Positions 36,056 through 44,591 of a stretch of 64,000 bases of DNA are shown piece by piece. Each line of letters starts with the position of its first letter. The first letter of the stretch is position 1. A program made the position numbers and the translations under genes. The notes beneath the pieces were generated by a model. That model saw only the letters and a program-made list of their open reading frames with translations. It was not told the origin of the DNA and ran no database searches. The DNA is from Chloroflexota bacterium (GTDB lineage: Bacteria > Chloroflexota > Anaerolineae > Promineifilales > Promineifilaceae), in assembly GCA_048620455.1 (NCBI GenBank), contig JBMCFH010000002.1:513-64512 (forward strand), in the 5' to 3' direction.

Positions 36056-36754
36056 ATGCAGGATTACGGCAAGGACAGGCGCTGGCCATTTGCGGAAGGC
36101 GGCGGCGCCACAATAGGAGTTGTCTCGGCGTTGTTCTTCACAACGCTGGCATTGTGGCGCGCCCGTCCCAGCTTCCTGACGCGCGCAATCGCCGGTCTTG
36201 GCGCCGTGATATGGACCCTCGTCCTCTACTTCTTCCGTGACCCCAACCGCAACCTAACACAAGCGCCGGGCCTCGTGGTCAGCGCCGGCGACGGCGAAAT
36301 AGTGGACGTTCGGCGAGAGAGAGAAAACGAGTACCTCCGCTGCGAAGCAATACGCATCAGCACATTCCTTTCCATCACCGACGTCCACGTGCAGCGTGTG
36401 CCAATAAGCGGTCGGGTGACACAGATTAAACACCGTCCGGGCCGTTTCCTCCAGGCCTTTCGCCCCGAAGCATCCACCCAGAATGAACACATCGCCATGA
36501 CCATCGAAACGCCCCGGGGCCCCGTCCTCGTAAAGCAAATTGCGGGCATCATGGCCCGTCGTTGCGTCAATTATTTGCAGCCCGGTGAATGCGTGGAGAC
36601 AGGACAACGCTTCGGTCTCATACGCTTCGGTTCCCGTGTCGATCTCTTTGTGCCGCCCGCAGCGGAGATCCTGGTAGGCATCGGGACAAAGGTAAAAGGT
36701 GGGCTGACACCGGTCGCACGCCTGGAAAGTGGAGGATCGGATGATACAGAATAG
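36056..36754 (+). CDS. psd: phosphatidylserine decarboxylase proenzyme (short, archaetidylserine-decarboxylase-like type)
   Basis: FFRDPNR...SAGDGEIV...ISTFLSITDVHVQRVPISGRV is typical of Psd. The self-cleavage site equivalent is IRFGSRVDLFVP (G-S). Confidence 0.85.
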   Translation: MQDYGKDRRWPFAEGGGATIGVVSALFFTTLALWRARPSFLTRAIAGLGAVIWTLVLYFFRDPNRNLTQAPGLVVSAGDGEIVDVRRERENEYLRCEAIRISTFLSITDVHVQRVPISGRVTQIKHRPGRFLQAFRPEASTQNEHIAMTIETPRGPVLVKQIAGIMARRCVNYLQPGECVETGQRFGLIRFGSRVDLFVPPAAEILVGIGTKVKGGLTPVARLESGGSDDTE

Positions 36755-37454
36755 CAAGTACCGCTACGTGATCCCCAATTTCGTGACCTTCACCTCTCTG
36801 GCCTGTGGTGTCGTCTCGATTATCGCTGCCGGAAGTGGAGATTTGATGCTTGCCGGCATCCTGATCCTCGCCAGCTATGTGCTGGATTTGCTCGACGGCG
36901 AACTGGCCCGGCGCCTGGATGCTGGTACCGACTTTGGCCTTCAGCTCGATTCGCTCACCGATCTTGTCAGCCTGGGCGCCGCGCCGGCAATGCTTGCCTA
37001 TTTCCACCTGACTGCCGAAGGAAACGTTCCGGTGCCTGTGCTGGGTCCGGCCATCGTTATTTACGTCCTTGCCGGCGCCTACCGTCTGGCTCGCTTCAAC
37101 CTTCTGCCGGTCAAAGAGGGTCAGACCGACTCCGTTGGCCTTACTATTTCCACCAGCGGTGCTACGCTGGCGCTGGCGGTGCTTTCAGACATCGTCAACA
37201 CCGGCGAGGTCATCCACAACGGGTTCTTCATACCGTTGCTCGTCATTCTCAGCTTGCTGATGGTGAGTCGCATCTCCTACCCGTCAGTCGTCTGGGTCTT
37301 TTCACGACGCTGGGCCAACTTCTTGTACATGGTTTACTTTGTAACAACGCTCGTCCTGCTGCAGCTCTCCTTTTTCCACGTCTGGTTCTTGTTCAACAGC
37401 GGGTATCTGAGCGCGGCGCTGGTGCGGGCCGGCTACCACGTAATCGAGGAATAA
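36741..37454 (+). CDS. pssA: CDP-diacylglycerol--serine O-phosphatidyltransferase
   Basis: The CDP-alcohol phosphatidyltransferase motif is DLLDGELARRLDAGTDFGLQLDSLTDLV (DGxxARx8Gx3Dx3D). GGAGGA lies 4 nt upstream of ATG 36741. The gene overlaps the end of psd. Confidence 0.8.
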   Translation: MIQNSKYRYVIPNFVTFTSLACGVVSIIAAGSGDLMLAGILILASYVLDLLDGELARRLDAGTDFGLQLDSLTDLVSLGAAPAMLAYFHLTAEGNVPVPVLGPAIVIYVLAGAYRLARFNLLPVKEGQTDSVGLTISTSGATLALAVLSDIVNTGEVIHNGFFIPLLVILSLLMVSRISYPSVVWVFSRRWANFLYMVYFVTTLVLLQLSFFHVWFLFNSGYLSAALVRAGYHVIEE

Positions 37455-37539
37455 AGGGCCCAGGCATGCGCCCGGCATCGAGGCCGGACGGCAGTTCAGC
37501 CAACGGCGGGTGTAGCACGATCGTCCACGGGCACATCTG

Positions 37540-38211
37540 ATGAGTTCTTTTCGCACGCGATTGATAGGCAATGGCCTGTATCTATTGTCGCAGATGACGC
37601 GCAGAACGGCGCGTTATCACGTCAGCGGGCGCCACCATTTCGAGCGCAGTCGCGCGGATGACACTCCCACGGTGTGGGTTGCCTGGCACGGGATGACGAT
37701 GATGCTCGCCGGGTTCGTGTTACAGAATTACGATGCGGGCTCGCTGGTGATTATGATGCCCGACGATTGGCGGGGAGAGGCGCTCGGCCATTGGGCGCGC
37801 CGCCTGGGCGCCACACCCTGGCAACTGAATCTGAAGGGCGATACCAGCATGGCTACTGCCCGCCGCCTCGCCGCCATGCTTCGCCTGCTGCGCGAGGGCT
37901 GCGACGCGTATGTCACCCCGGACGGACCGGATGGCCCGGCGTATAAGATCAAGCCCGGCGTGGCGTACCTGGCGCAAAAATCGGGAGCCACCCTTCTCCC
38001 GATCGGCGCTTATACGCGACGCGGTCACCGGCTGAATCGATGGGACCGCTATGTTGTCCCCTATCCCTTCAGTCGCATTGCGGTCGTGATCGGGAGCCCC
38101 ATCACGGTTCCGGGCGACGTTGAGCTTGCCGACATCACGGAACCGCTGACGGACGTTCTGCACCGCGTCACAGCCCAGGCTGCGGCCAACTATTATGAGG
38201 CTGACGAGTGA
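37540..38211 (+). CDS. DUF374 / lysophospholipid acyltransferase (LPLAT)-superfamily protein, copy 1
   Basis: WHGMTMML...YVTPDGPDGPAYKIKPGVAYLAQKSGATLLPIG...NRWDRYVVPYPFSR matches the DUF374 pattern. Confidence 0.7.
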   Translation: MSSFRTRLIGNGLYLLSQMTRRTARYHVSGRHHFERSRADDTPTVWVAWHGMTMMLAGFVLQNYDAGSLVIMMPDDWRGEALGHWARRLGATPWQLNLKGDTSMATARRLAAMLRLLREGCDAYVTPDGPDGPAYKIKPGVAYLAQKSGATLLPIGAYTRRGHRLNRWDRYVVPYPFSRIAVVIGSPITVPGDVELADITEPLTDVLHRVTAQAAANYYEADE

Positions 38212-38888
38212 GCGAACTGGGAATAAGGTGGCGACATCTTCAAGGCAGCGGGCTCTACTTCTACAGTCGTGTATTGGCCCGCACAGCGCGCATCCACGTA
38301 GAGGGATGGGAGAATTACACCAATACCGGCGACGATGGGCGACCGCTTCTCTGGTCGTTCTGGCACGGACAACTGATGCCCTTCATTACCTTCGGTCAGC
38401 GATACCTCGACGCCAGCGACTTTGTAGTCATTACCGTGGGCGACGACCGTAATGACACGCTGGGCACATTCGCCCGCCGGCTGGGCGGCGTCAGTGTAGG
38501 CGTTGACATGCAGGGCAACCCCTTCGCCGCAGGTCGCGCCGTGCTGCGCGTGATCAAAGCCATGAAGTCAGGCCGCCAGTCGGTTCTGGCTCCCGACGGG
38601 CCGGACGGCCCGGTGTTTACGCCTAAGGCAGGGGTAGCCTTTCTGGCACAGAAGGCCGGGGCCAGCATCCTGCCCGTGGGCGCCTGGACGCGCCACGCCT
38701 TACAGATGGAGCGCTGGGATCGATACTTGCTCCCCCTGCCCTTTGCCCGCTACTCTATCGTTATCGGGCAATCATTGACCGCACAGCCAGATGGCGACCA
38801 GCATCAGCTTCTGGCGCAGATCTCAAGCAGCCTTCACGAGGTCCGGGCGCGGGCGCAGGTGTTGGCCGGTGTACGCCCCTGGCGTTAG
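38208..38888 (+). CDS. DUF374 / LPLAT-superfamily protein, copy 2 (tandem paralogue)
   Basis: WHGQLMPF...VLAPDGPDGPVFTPKAGVAFLAQKAGASILPVG...ERWDRYLLPLPFAR aligns residue-for-residue with the upstream gene. The start overlaps the upstream stop by 4 nt. Confidence 0.7.
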   Translation: MSELGIRWRHLQGSGLYFYSRVLARTARIHVEGWENYTNTGDDGRPLLWSFWHGQLMPFITFGQRYLDASDFVVITVGDDRNDTLGTFARRLGGVSVGVDMQGNPFAAGRAVLRVIKAMKSGRQSVLAPDGPDGPVFTPKAGVAFLAQKAGASILPVGAWTRHALQMERWDRYLLPLPFARYSIVIGQSLTAQPDGDQHQLLAQISSSLHEVRARAQVLAGVRPWR

Positions 38889-38908
38889 GCGATTGCCGCC
38901 GGCAGCGC

Positions 38909-40399
38909 TTATGCCGCATAGACGATTCTGACCACCATCGGCGTCACATAGGCCTCAACCAGGGCGGCGAGCAGCAGGAGGGGAGCGATAACTCCCAGCA
39001 AGATGCGTGCAAAATCAGCGCCAGCCTCCAGCCAGCTCTGGCTCACACTCTGGTCCGGCTGCGGCGCAATTACGGCAGTTTGCCAGCGCAGCGCAGCTGC
39101 CGCAACCAGCAGCAGCGCCGGCAATTCTATCGCGCCATGCGGCGCGATGGTAGCCAGCACAAATAGCGCAGCGCTCTCCCCTGCGTAAGCCAATTGCATG
39201 GCAATGAAGCCGATTACGGCCCAGGGCAAAAGGAAAATAGCCAGACCGAGCACCCCAAACGTGAAAACACCCAGGATAATGGCCAACAGCACCACGCGCA
39301 CGTTGTGCACAAATATCATGGCGGGCAGGCCGCTCAGGACACCCTCTAACCGCGACAGGTTTTCAATCTGGTCGGCCTGCTGCAGCGCACTCTGTACGGT
39401 GGCGGGAAAGGTATACTGTTGCGCCAATAACACGCCCAACAAGACAGCACCGGCAAAACCGATGAAGGTCATCAGCAGAGCCTCGCGCAGCCGTGTTAGC
39501 AACCCCACTGTCTGCCGGTACCAGCGCAGCACTCCAGGATACTCACCGGTTTCTCCACGTCCGCGAAAGCGCGCCCAGAAAACACGCCACATCCAGCCAA
39601 GTCGAATCTGGTCGATGTCGCGGCCAAGTAACTCCTCGCGATTGAAGACGGCGACGCCCATGCGCATGAGCACGATGGCGCTGACGACAAGGCCGGCGAT
39701 CAACCACCACAGCCCGGCATAGTTACCCCAGAACATCACCACAGCCTCGACCTGCACCAGAAGGGCCATCGGCACTATGATGAAACTGGCCAACAGGTTG
39801 GCCGCTCGCGTGCTCGTGGTCTGGCTGGAGACGACCACAGCGCCCGCCACCATCACCACCCCCTGCACCGTCGTAATCAGGATCGTCTGAACAAACAGTT
39901 GCAGGCTGGGGTACCACTCAACGGTCAGAGCCAGTCCCACCAGATAAACGCCTATGCCCAGATAGCTGGCTGCGAGCGGCGGCACGAGGGCAGCAAGCAT
40001 CTTCCCCAGGTATAGCTGCTTGTTCGTCAGTGGCGTCGCCAGCAGCGGTTCCAGACTCTTTCTTTCTTTCTCGCCGACAAACGTCTCCAAGGCGATTACC
40101 AGCGAAAAGGAGGTGGGAAAGAATCCCACGACCAACAACAGGAAGGGAATAAGCCGCGTACCAATCAGCTCAGCGCCATAATCGGTCACAAATTGTAACA
40201 GGCGCCCGGCTGTATAGTTCATAAGCAGTGGGAAAAACAGAGTGAGCAGAATGATCGGAATGATAATGCGCCAGTCGCGGAAAGAATCGCGCACCTCGCG
40301 CCGCGTTACGATCAGGGCCATGCGCACGTCCCGACCGTCGAATGGCAGCAACCGCTGTTTAGACGCGGGGCGGTCGGCCGGAATCATATGCTCGCTCAC
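38909..40399 (-). CDS. ABC-2-type permease fused to a SpoIIM/DUF95-like membrane domain
   Basis: The N-terminal half has a 6-TM ABC-2-like layout after a cytoplasmic leader. The C-terminal half carries SpoIIM-family signatures: IFVHNVRVVLLAIILGVFTFGVLG, PHGAIELPALLLVAAAAL and LLLLAALVEAYVTP. Confidence 0.6.
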   Translation of the reverse strand: MSEHMIPADRPASKQRLLPFDGRDVRMALIVTRREVRDSFRDWRIIIPIILLTLFFPLLMNYTAGRLLQFVTDYGAELIGTRLIPFLLLVVGFFPTSFSLVIALETFVGEKERKSLEPLLATPLTNKQLYLGKMLAALVPPLAASYLGIGVYLVGLALTVEWYPSLQLFVQTILITTVQGVVMVAGAVVVSSQTTSTRAANLLASFIIVPMALLVQVEAVVMFWGNYAGLWWLIAGLVVSAIVLMRMGVAVFNREELLGRDIDQIRLGWMWRVFWARFRGRGETGEYPGVLRWYRQTVGLLTRLREALLMTFIGFAGAVLLGVLLAQQYTFPATVQSALQQADQIENLSRLEGVLSGLPAMIFVHNVRVVLLAIILGVFTFGVLGLAIFLLPWAVIGFIAMQLAYAGESAALFVLATIAPHGAIELPALLLVAAAALRWQTAVIAPQPDQSVSQSWLEAGADFARILLGVIAPLLLLAALVEAYVTPMVVRIVYAA

Positions 40400-41385
40400 G
40401 ATACAACTTCCTGCAGCGAAGCTATGGCAGGCCGCCTCGTAGGAGCACTCCTCGCCGCTTCATCTTCGCGCAAAACGCTCAAATAGACGTCTTCCAGGCT
40501 CTGAGGCACAGAGTGTAGAGAAACGACGCCGATGCCGAGTGCTGTCAGTTTCTTAACCAGCAGCGGGTTGGCCACGGCCGGGTCACCGGCATGATAGTGC
40601 AGCAAATTGCCATCCACGCTCTGTAGAGTGATGAAGTCTGGAAGTTCATCTGCAACGTCGTCGAGCGCGCCATCCAACGGACGATCCAGGCGCATTTCTA
40701 GCAACGGCGGACCCAGAAACCGGCGCTTTAACGCGTCGGGCGTCCCGGAAGCGATAATGCGTCCCTGGCTGATAATGGCGATGCGGTCAGCCAGGCTTTC
40801 CGCTTCCGCCAGATTGTGGGTACAGAGAATAATACCGCGCCGGTCGCGGCGCAGCTGGTGGATGGCATCACGTACCAGTCGCGCGCTGTGTGGGTCCATC
40901 GCCGATGTCGGTTCGTCCAGCAGCAAGGCGGCCGGATCGTGCAACATGGCTCTAATGAGCCCCACCTTCTGCCGCATGCCCTTTGAGTAGGTGCCCAGGC
41001 GTCGCCGCGCCGCGCCGTTCATAGCGAAGCGCTCAAACAGCTCCAGGGCCCGTTTTTGACTGACCGTGTCGGGCAGGCCATACAGGCGTCCAAAAAAGAC
41101 GAGGTACTCCAACCCCGTCATGCGCAGATACAGACCGGGCTGTTCGGTGAGCATGCCAATACAGCGGCGAACGCGATCCGGTTCCGCAATAACGTCATGG
41201 CCATTGATACGGGCCCGGCCCAGCGTGGGACGCAAAATAGCGCCCAGCATGCGCACCGTCGTCGTCTTTCCGGCGCCGTTGGGACCCAGGAGCGCCAGCA
41301 ACTCTCCCTGTGAGACGTGAAGATCCAGATCGCGGACGGCGTATTCAGTATCGAATTGTTTGGTTAACCCGATTGCCTCAATCAT
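40396..41385 (-). CDS. ABC transporter ATP-binding protein
   Basis: Walker A is GPNGAGKTT, the signature motif is YSKGMRQK, and Walker B is LLLDEPTSAMD, followed by an H-loop (CTHNL). The stop overlaps the permease start. Confidence 0.9.
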   Translation of the reverse strand: MIEAIGLTKQFDTEYAVRDLDLHVSQGELLALLGPNGAGKTTTVRMLGAILRPTLGRARINGHDVIAEPDRVRRCIGMLTEQPGLYLRMTGLEYLVFFGRLYGLPDTVSQKRALELFERFAMNGAARRRLGTYSKGMRQKVGLIRAMLHDPAALLLDEPTSAMDPHSARLVRDAIHQLRRDRRGIILCTHNLAEAESLADRIAIISQGRIIASGTPDALKRRFLGPPLLEMRLDRPLDGALDDVADELPDFITLQSVDGNLLHYHAGDPAVANPLLVKKLTALGIGVVSLHSVPQSLEDVYLSVLREDEAARSAPTRRPAIASLQEVVS

Positions 41386-42431
41386 ATTGTTTCACGCTCC
41401 CCAGCCTCCTGTTCCTCATAAAAGCGCGCCAGTTCGTCGCGCTCCGGCCGGGCCAAAAGCTCCTGTCCGTCCTCATTGGCCAGCCAGACGGCTGGCGGCC
41501 CTGGCGCCACTTCCCCAATGGTAGACGAGGTGATGCCATTTTCTCGCAAGACTGCATTCACCTGGGGCGCATCGGCCGCTTTTGTCGTCAGCAACAGCGC
41601 ACCTGATGCAATCGTAGCCAACGGATCAAGCCCCAATTCAGTGCAAATCTTCTGCGACACGGCGGGCACCGGAATGGCGGCGCGCTGCACCACGAGGCTG
41701 TTGCCGCTGGCCTCAGCCAACTCCCAGAGCGCAGCCGCCAGCCCCCCTTCCGTCGGATCGTGCATGGCCGTGACCCGTCCGGCAGACAACGCCGTGCGGG
41801 CGTCGTCCACCACGCTGATCCCTGGCTCATAGAGAAAATCAGCCGCTCGCCGCACCTCGTCCGGCGAAAGGACCTCGGCCACTCTCTCCGGAAACTCTCG
41901 GGCCAGAATTGCCGTGCCTTCGATTGGCACGCCCTTGGTCAGCAGCAGAGCATCGCCCGGCGTCGCGCCCTGTGGTACAACGAGACGCTCTTCAGAGACT
42001 TCTCCCACAAGTGTACCCACCGCAATCGGCCGCTCCAGACCGTGCGTAACCTCTGTATGACCGCCAATGACGGCGATGTGCAGGTCGCGACAGGCCCTGT
42101 AGATCTGTGAGGTCAGGGTTTCCACCAGCGCCTCGTCGCTCTCGCCCTGGGGCAAGAGCAAAGTCACCAGGAGCCACCGCGGTATGGCCCCTGTGGTGGC
42201 AACGTCGTTCGCATTAACCTGCACCAGATACCAGCCCAGTTCGTCGCTGGCAAACGTAATCGGATCGCTCTTAAAAACCAGCAGGCTGTCACCGTGACGC
42301 ACCACGGCGCAATCCAGACCGATTCCAGGGCCCAGCAAGACATCGTCGTCCGCCACGGGCGCGCGCGCCAACAGGCGCTGGAGGAGATCGGGCGGGAGCT
42401 TGCCCACCGGTAAAGGCGTCTCAGCGCCCAT
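41382..42431 (-). CDS. AIR synthase-related (PurM/HypE/ThiL superfamily) protein
   Basis: VGKLPPDLLQRLL...GPGIGLDCAVV...FKSDPITFASDELGWYLVQVNANDVATTGAIPRWLLVTLLLP matches the PurM-like N-domain pattern. The C-domain reads AMHDPTEGGLAAAL. The start is taken at ATG 42431 (MGAETPL); the track ORF extends to TTG 42488. Confidence 0.7.
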   Translation of the reverse strand: MGAETPLPVGKLPPDLLQRLLARAPVADDDVLLGPGIGLDCAVVRHGDSLLVFKSDPITFASDELGWYLVQVNANDVATTGAIPRWLLVTLLLPQGESDEALVETLTSQIYRACRDLHIAVIGGHTEVTHGLERPIAVGTLVGEVSEERLVVPQGATPGDALLLTKGVPIEGTAILAREFPERVAEVLSPDEVRRAADFLYEPGISVVDDARTALSAGRVTAMHDPTEGGLAAALWELAEASGNSLVVQRAAIPVPAVSQKICTELGLDPLATIASGALLLTTKAADAPQVNAVLRENGITSSTIGEVAPGPPAVWLANEDGQELLARPERDELARFYEEQEAGERETI

Positions 42432-43626
42432 TGTTTGCCCGCCGGTGACGAAGGTAGATCCAGGCAGCCATAAGCAAGGCCAGAACAATCGAAACCAGCG
42501 TCGCTATGGGAAGCTGGACCGCGCCCACTTCCATCTGCCGGCTATCCAGGCGTACTGTCTCCAGTAACGTGCGGCCCACGGCATAAAGGATCAGGTAGAC
42601 AGCCATAACATCGCCCTTTAAGAGCCGCTCGTGGTAACGCCGTACGAGCGTGAGCAAAATCACAAAGGCCAGTAAGTTCCATAAGGACTCATAGAGAAAG
42701 GCGGGGTGAAAGCGCTCGAATTGCTGAAAGCCGTCCAGACGGTAAGCCGGTTCGATCCACACGGCCCACGGCGCCGAAGTAGGCCGACCATACAGCTCCT
42801 GATTGAAGAAATTGCCCCAACGCCCCACAAATTGTCCCAGCGCCACGCCAACGACTGCCAGATCTGCCCAGCCCAGCCAGGAGATACGCGTTCGATAGGC
42901 GTAGATCAGTAGACCCAGCGCGCCCCCGGCGATTCCACCGTAAATTCCCAGCCCGCCGCGCCGCAAATTGACCAGCTGCAGTGGATTGCGAAAGTAGTCC
43001 GCCGGCGAGGTAATGCCCACCTCGGCCATACTCGGCGATGGGGTAAACACGTGGTATAGGCGCGCCCCGACCACAGCAAGAATCAGACACCAGATGAGCC
43101 CGTTCCACACGTGGTAGGGGTTCCACTGCCCCCAGCGCGGATTGTCCAGCCAGCGCGCATCTATCCCCGGCTGAGCCGCCAGCGTCTGGCGTACAACGTC
43201 CCGTCCTTCACTATTCAGGGGCAGCCCGTCGGACCCAAATCCCAGATAAAGCAACAACTCCCCCATACGATCCACGTCCTTGCCGGCCAGGACCTTTTCG
43301 ATTTCCTCAGGCAAATCCAGTCTGTCCACGGGACGGCTGCGCACGTTACGCGGCACCTCGTCTCTCAACACACGGCGCGCCTGTTCCAGCGCAAGACGGA
43401 AGACTACGTAGGATCCGAGGGCGATACCGCCGGTGATAATCAGACCATACCAGTAGATGTTAAATTGCAGGGCCTCAACACCGAGGGCCACACGGTCAGG
43501 GGTGAAACCGGTAAATATGTGGTAGAGATACAGCCCAACTGCCAGGAGCAGGAATAGGCCGATTGCATACCAGTATGGCTGCACCTCTGTCAGGCGTGAT
43601 TTGTTCCGGGCTGTCTGTTCCATCAC
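42421..43626 (-). CDS. lgt: prolipoprotein diacylglyceryl transferase with ~85-aa cytoplasmic insertion
   Basis: The Lgt signature GRWGNFFNQELYGRPT is present, along with FHPAFLYESLWN and GRTLLETVRLD. At 401 aa it is longer than the usual ~260-290 aa, owing to an insertion after the second TM helix. Confidence 0.85.
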   Translation of the reverse strand: MMEQTARNKSRLTEVQPYWYAIGLFLLLAVGLYLYHIFTGFTPDRVALGVEALQFNIYWYGLIITGGIALGSYVVFRLALEQARRVLRDEVPRNVRSRPVDRLDLPEEIEKVLAGKDVDRMGELLLYLGFGSDGLPLNSEGRDVVRQTLAAQPGIDARWLDNPRWGQWNPYHVWNGLIWCLILAVVGARLYHVFTPSPSMAEVGITSPADYFRNPLQLVNLRRGGLGIYGGIAGGALGLLIYAYRTRISWLGWADLAVVGVALGQFVGRWGNFFNQELYGRPTSAPWAVWIEPAYRLDGFQQFERFHPAFLYESLWNLLAFVILLTLVRRYHERLLKGDVMAVYLILYAVGRTLLETVRLDSRQMEVGAVQLPIATLVSIVLALLMAAWIYLRHRRANNGR

Positions 43627-44252
43627 TCGCTAACGGTTTGTTGCCAGACGTGGAAGATTCGTTGTGCAACGGTAATGTAGGCAAAGATTGCGATTATTGC
43701 CAATCCTACCATGGGATAACCCAGAAGAAGTGTAGCCGTCAGCACAAAGTAGCGCTCAACCCTGCTCATGATGCCAATGCGGCAGGATAGATCCAGGGCC
43801 TCAGCTCGCGCCCGCGCATAACTGACCATCAGGGAGCCGGTAATCGCGATGTACGTCGTGGACAGCATCAACAGATCCTGGCTGTTGGCAGCATAGATCA
43901 AAAAGCCGCCAAATAAGACAATTTCGGCCAACCTGTCCAACGTCGAATCGAGAAAGGCGCCGAAGCCATCCGCTTTGCGCCCTTGCTTGCGGGCAAGCGC
44001 ACCGTCCAGACCATCCAGCGGTGCTATCAGCGCGATCGCCAGACCGGCGGCGCGCATCTGATCCTGGATGATGAGCCAGGCGATCAGAAAGTGGCCCACT
44101 GTGCCCAGTACAGTGAGCGTGTTAGGCGAAATCTGATAGCGAGCGAGAAATGTGACGATAGGATCGACGATAAAGAAGGTGCGCTCGCGCAGCACGTCGG
44201 TCACGGTTTTTCTTTGTGATGCGGGTGTTTCCTGTGACGTAGAACGGTTCAT
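43623..44252 (-). CDS. CDP-alcohol phosphatidyltransferase (PgsA / phosphatidylinositol-phosphate synthase-like)
   Basis: The motif DGLDGALARKQGRKADGFGAFLDSTLDRLAE is present (DGxxARx8Gx3Dx3D) and the protein has 5-6 TM helices. The head-group specificity cannot be read from the sequence. Confidence 0.75.
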   Translation of the reverse strand: MNRSTSQETPASQRKTVTDVLRERTFFIVDPIVTFLARYQISPNTLTVLGTVGHFLIAWLIIQDQMRAAGLAIALIAPLDGLDGALARKQGRKADGFGAFLDSTLDRLAEIVLFGGFLIYAANSQDLLMLSTTYIAITGSLMVSYARARAEALDLSCRIGIMSRVERYFVLTATLLLGYPMVGLAIIAIFAYITVAQRIFHVWQQTVSE

Positions 44253-44591
44253 TGGTTTCCTGACCTTCCTGAGAAGGGCTCACTGGCGCCGTGCAAGGCG
44301 CTTTCAATCGCCGGACGCCGACTAAGCGTCGAGGCGAAACGCGTACCATGGCACACTCATCTCCTGAGGAGAGAGGCCGCCGTGCCGGCGGTCCATCTGC
44401 TGAACAAACCGGGTTTCATCCCTGGTCATAAGAGCATATCTATACTCCATACCGGCGTGGAAAAAGGCAATTTTACGCTATAATTGGCTCTGCGCCAGAA
44501 GCCAGGAGTTTACTCAGGATAGCCGGTGGCTACTGGTGTTGGCTGAACCGGACGCCTTAGCATCATACTACTCATGAAGGAGAATTGCGCA

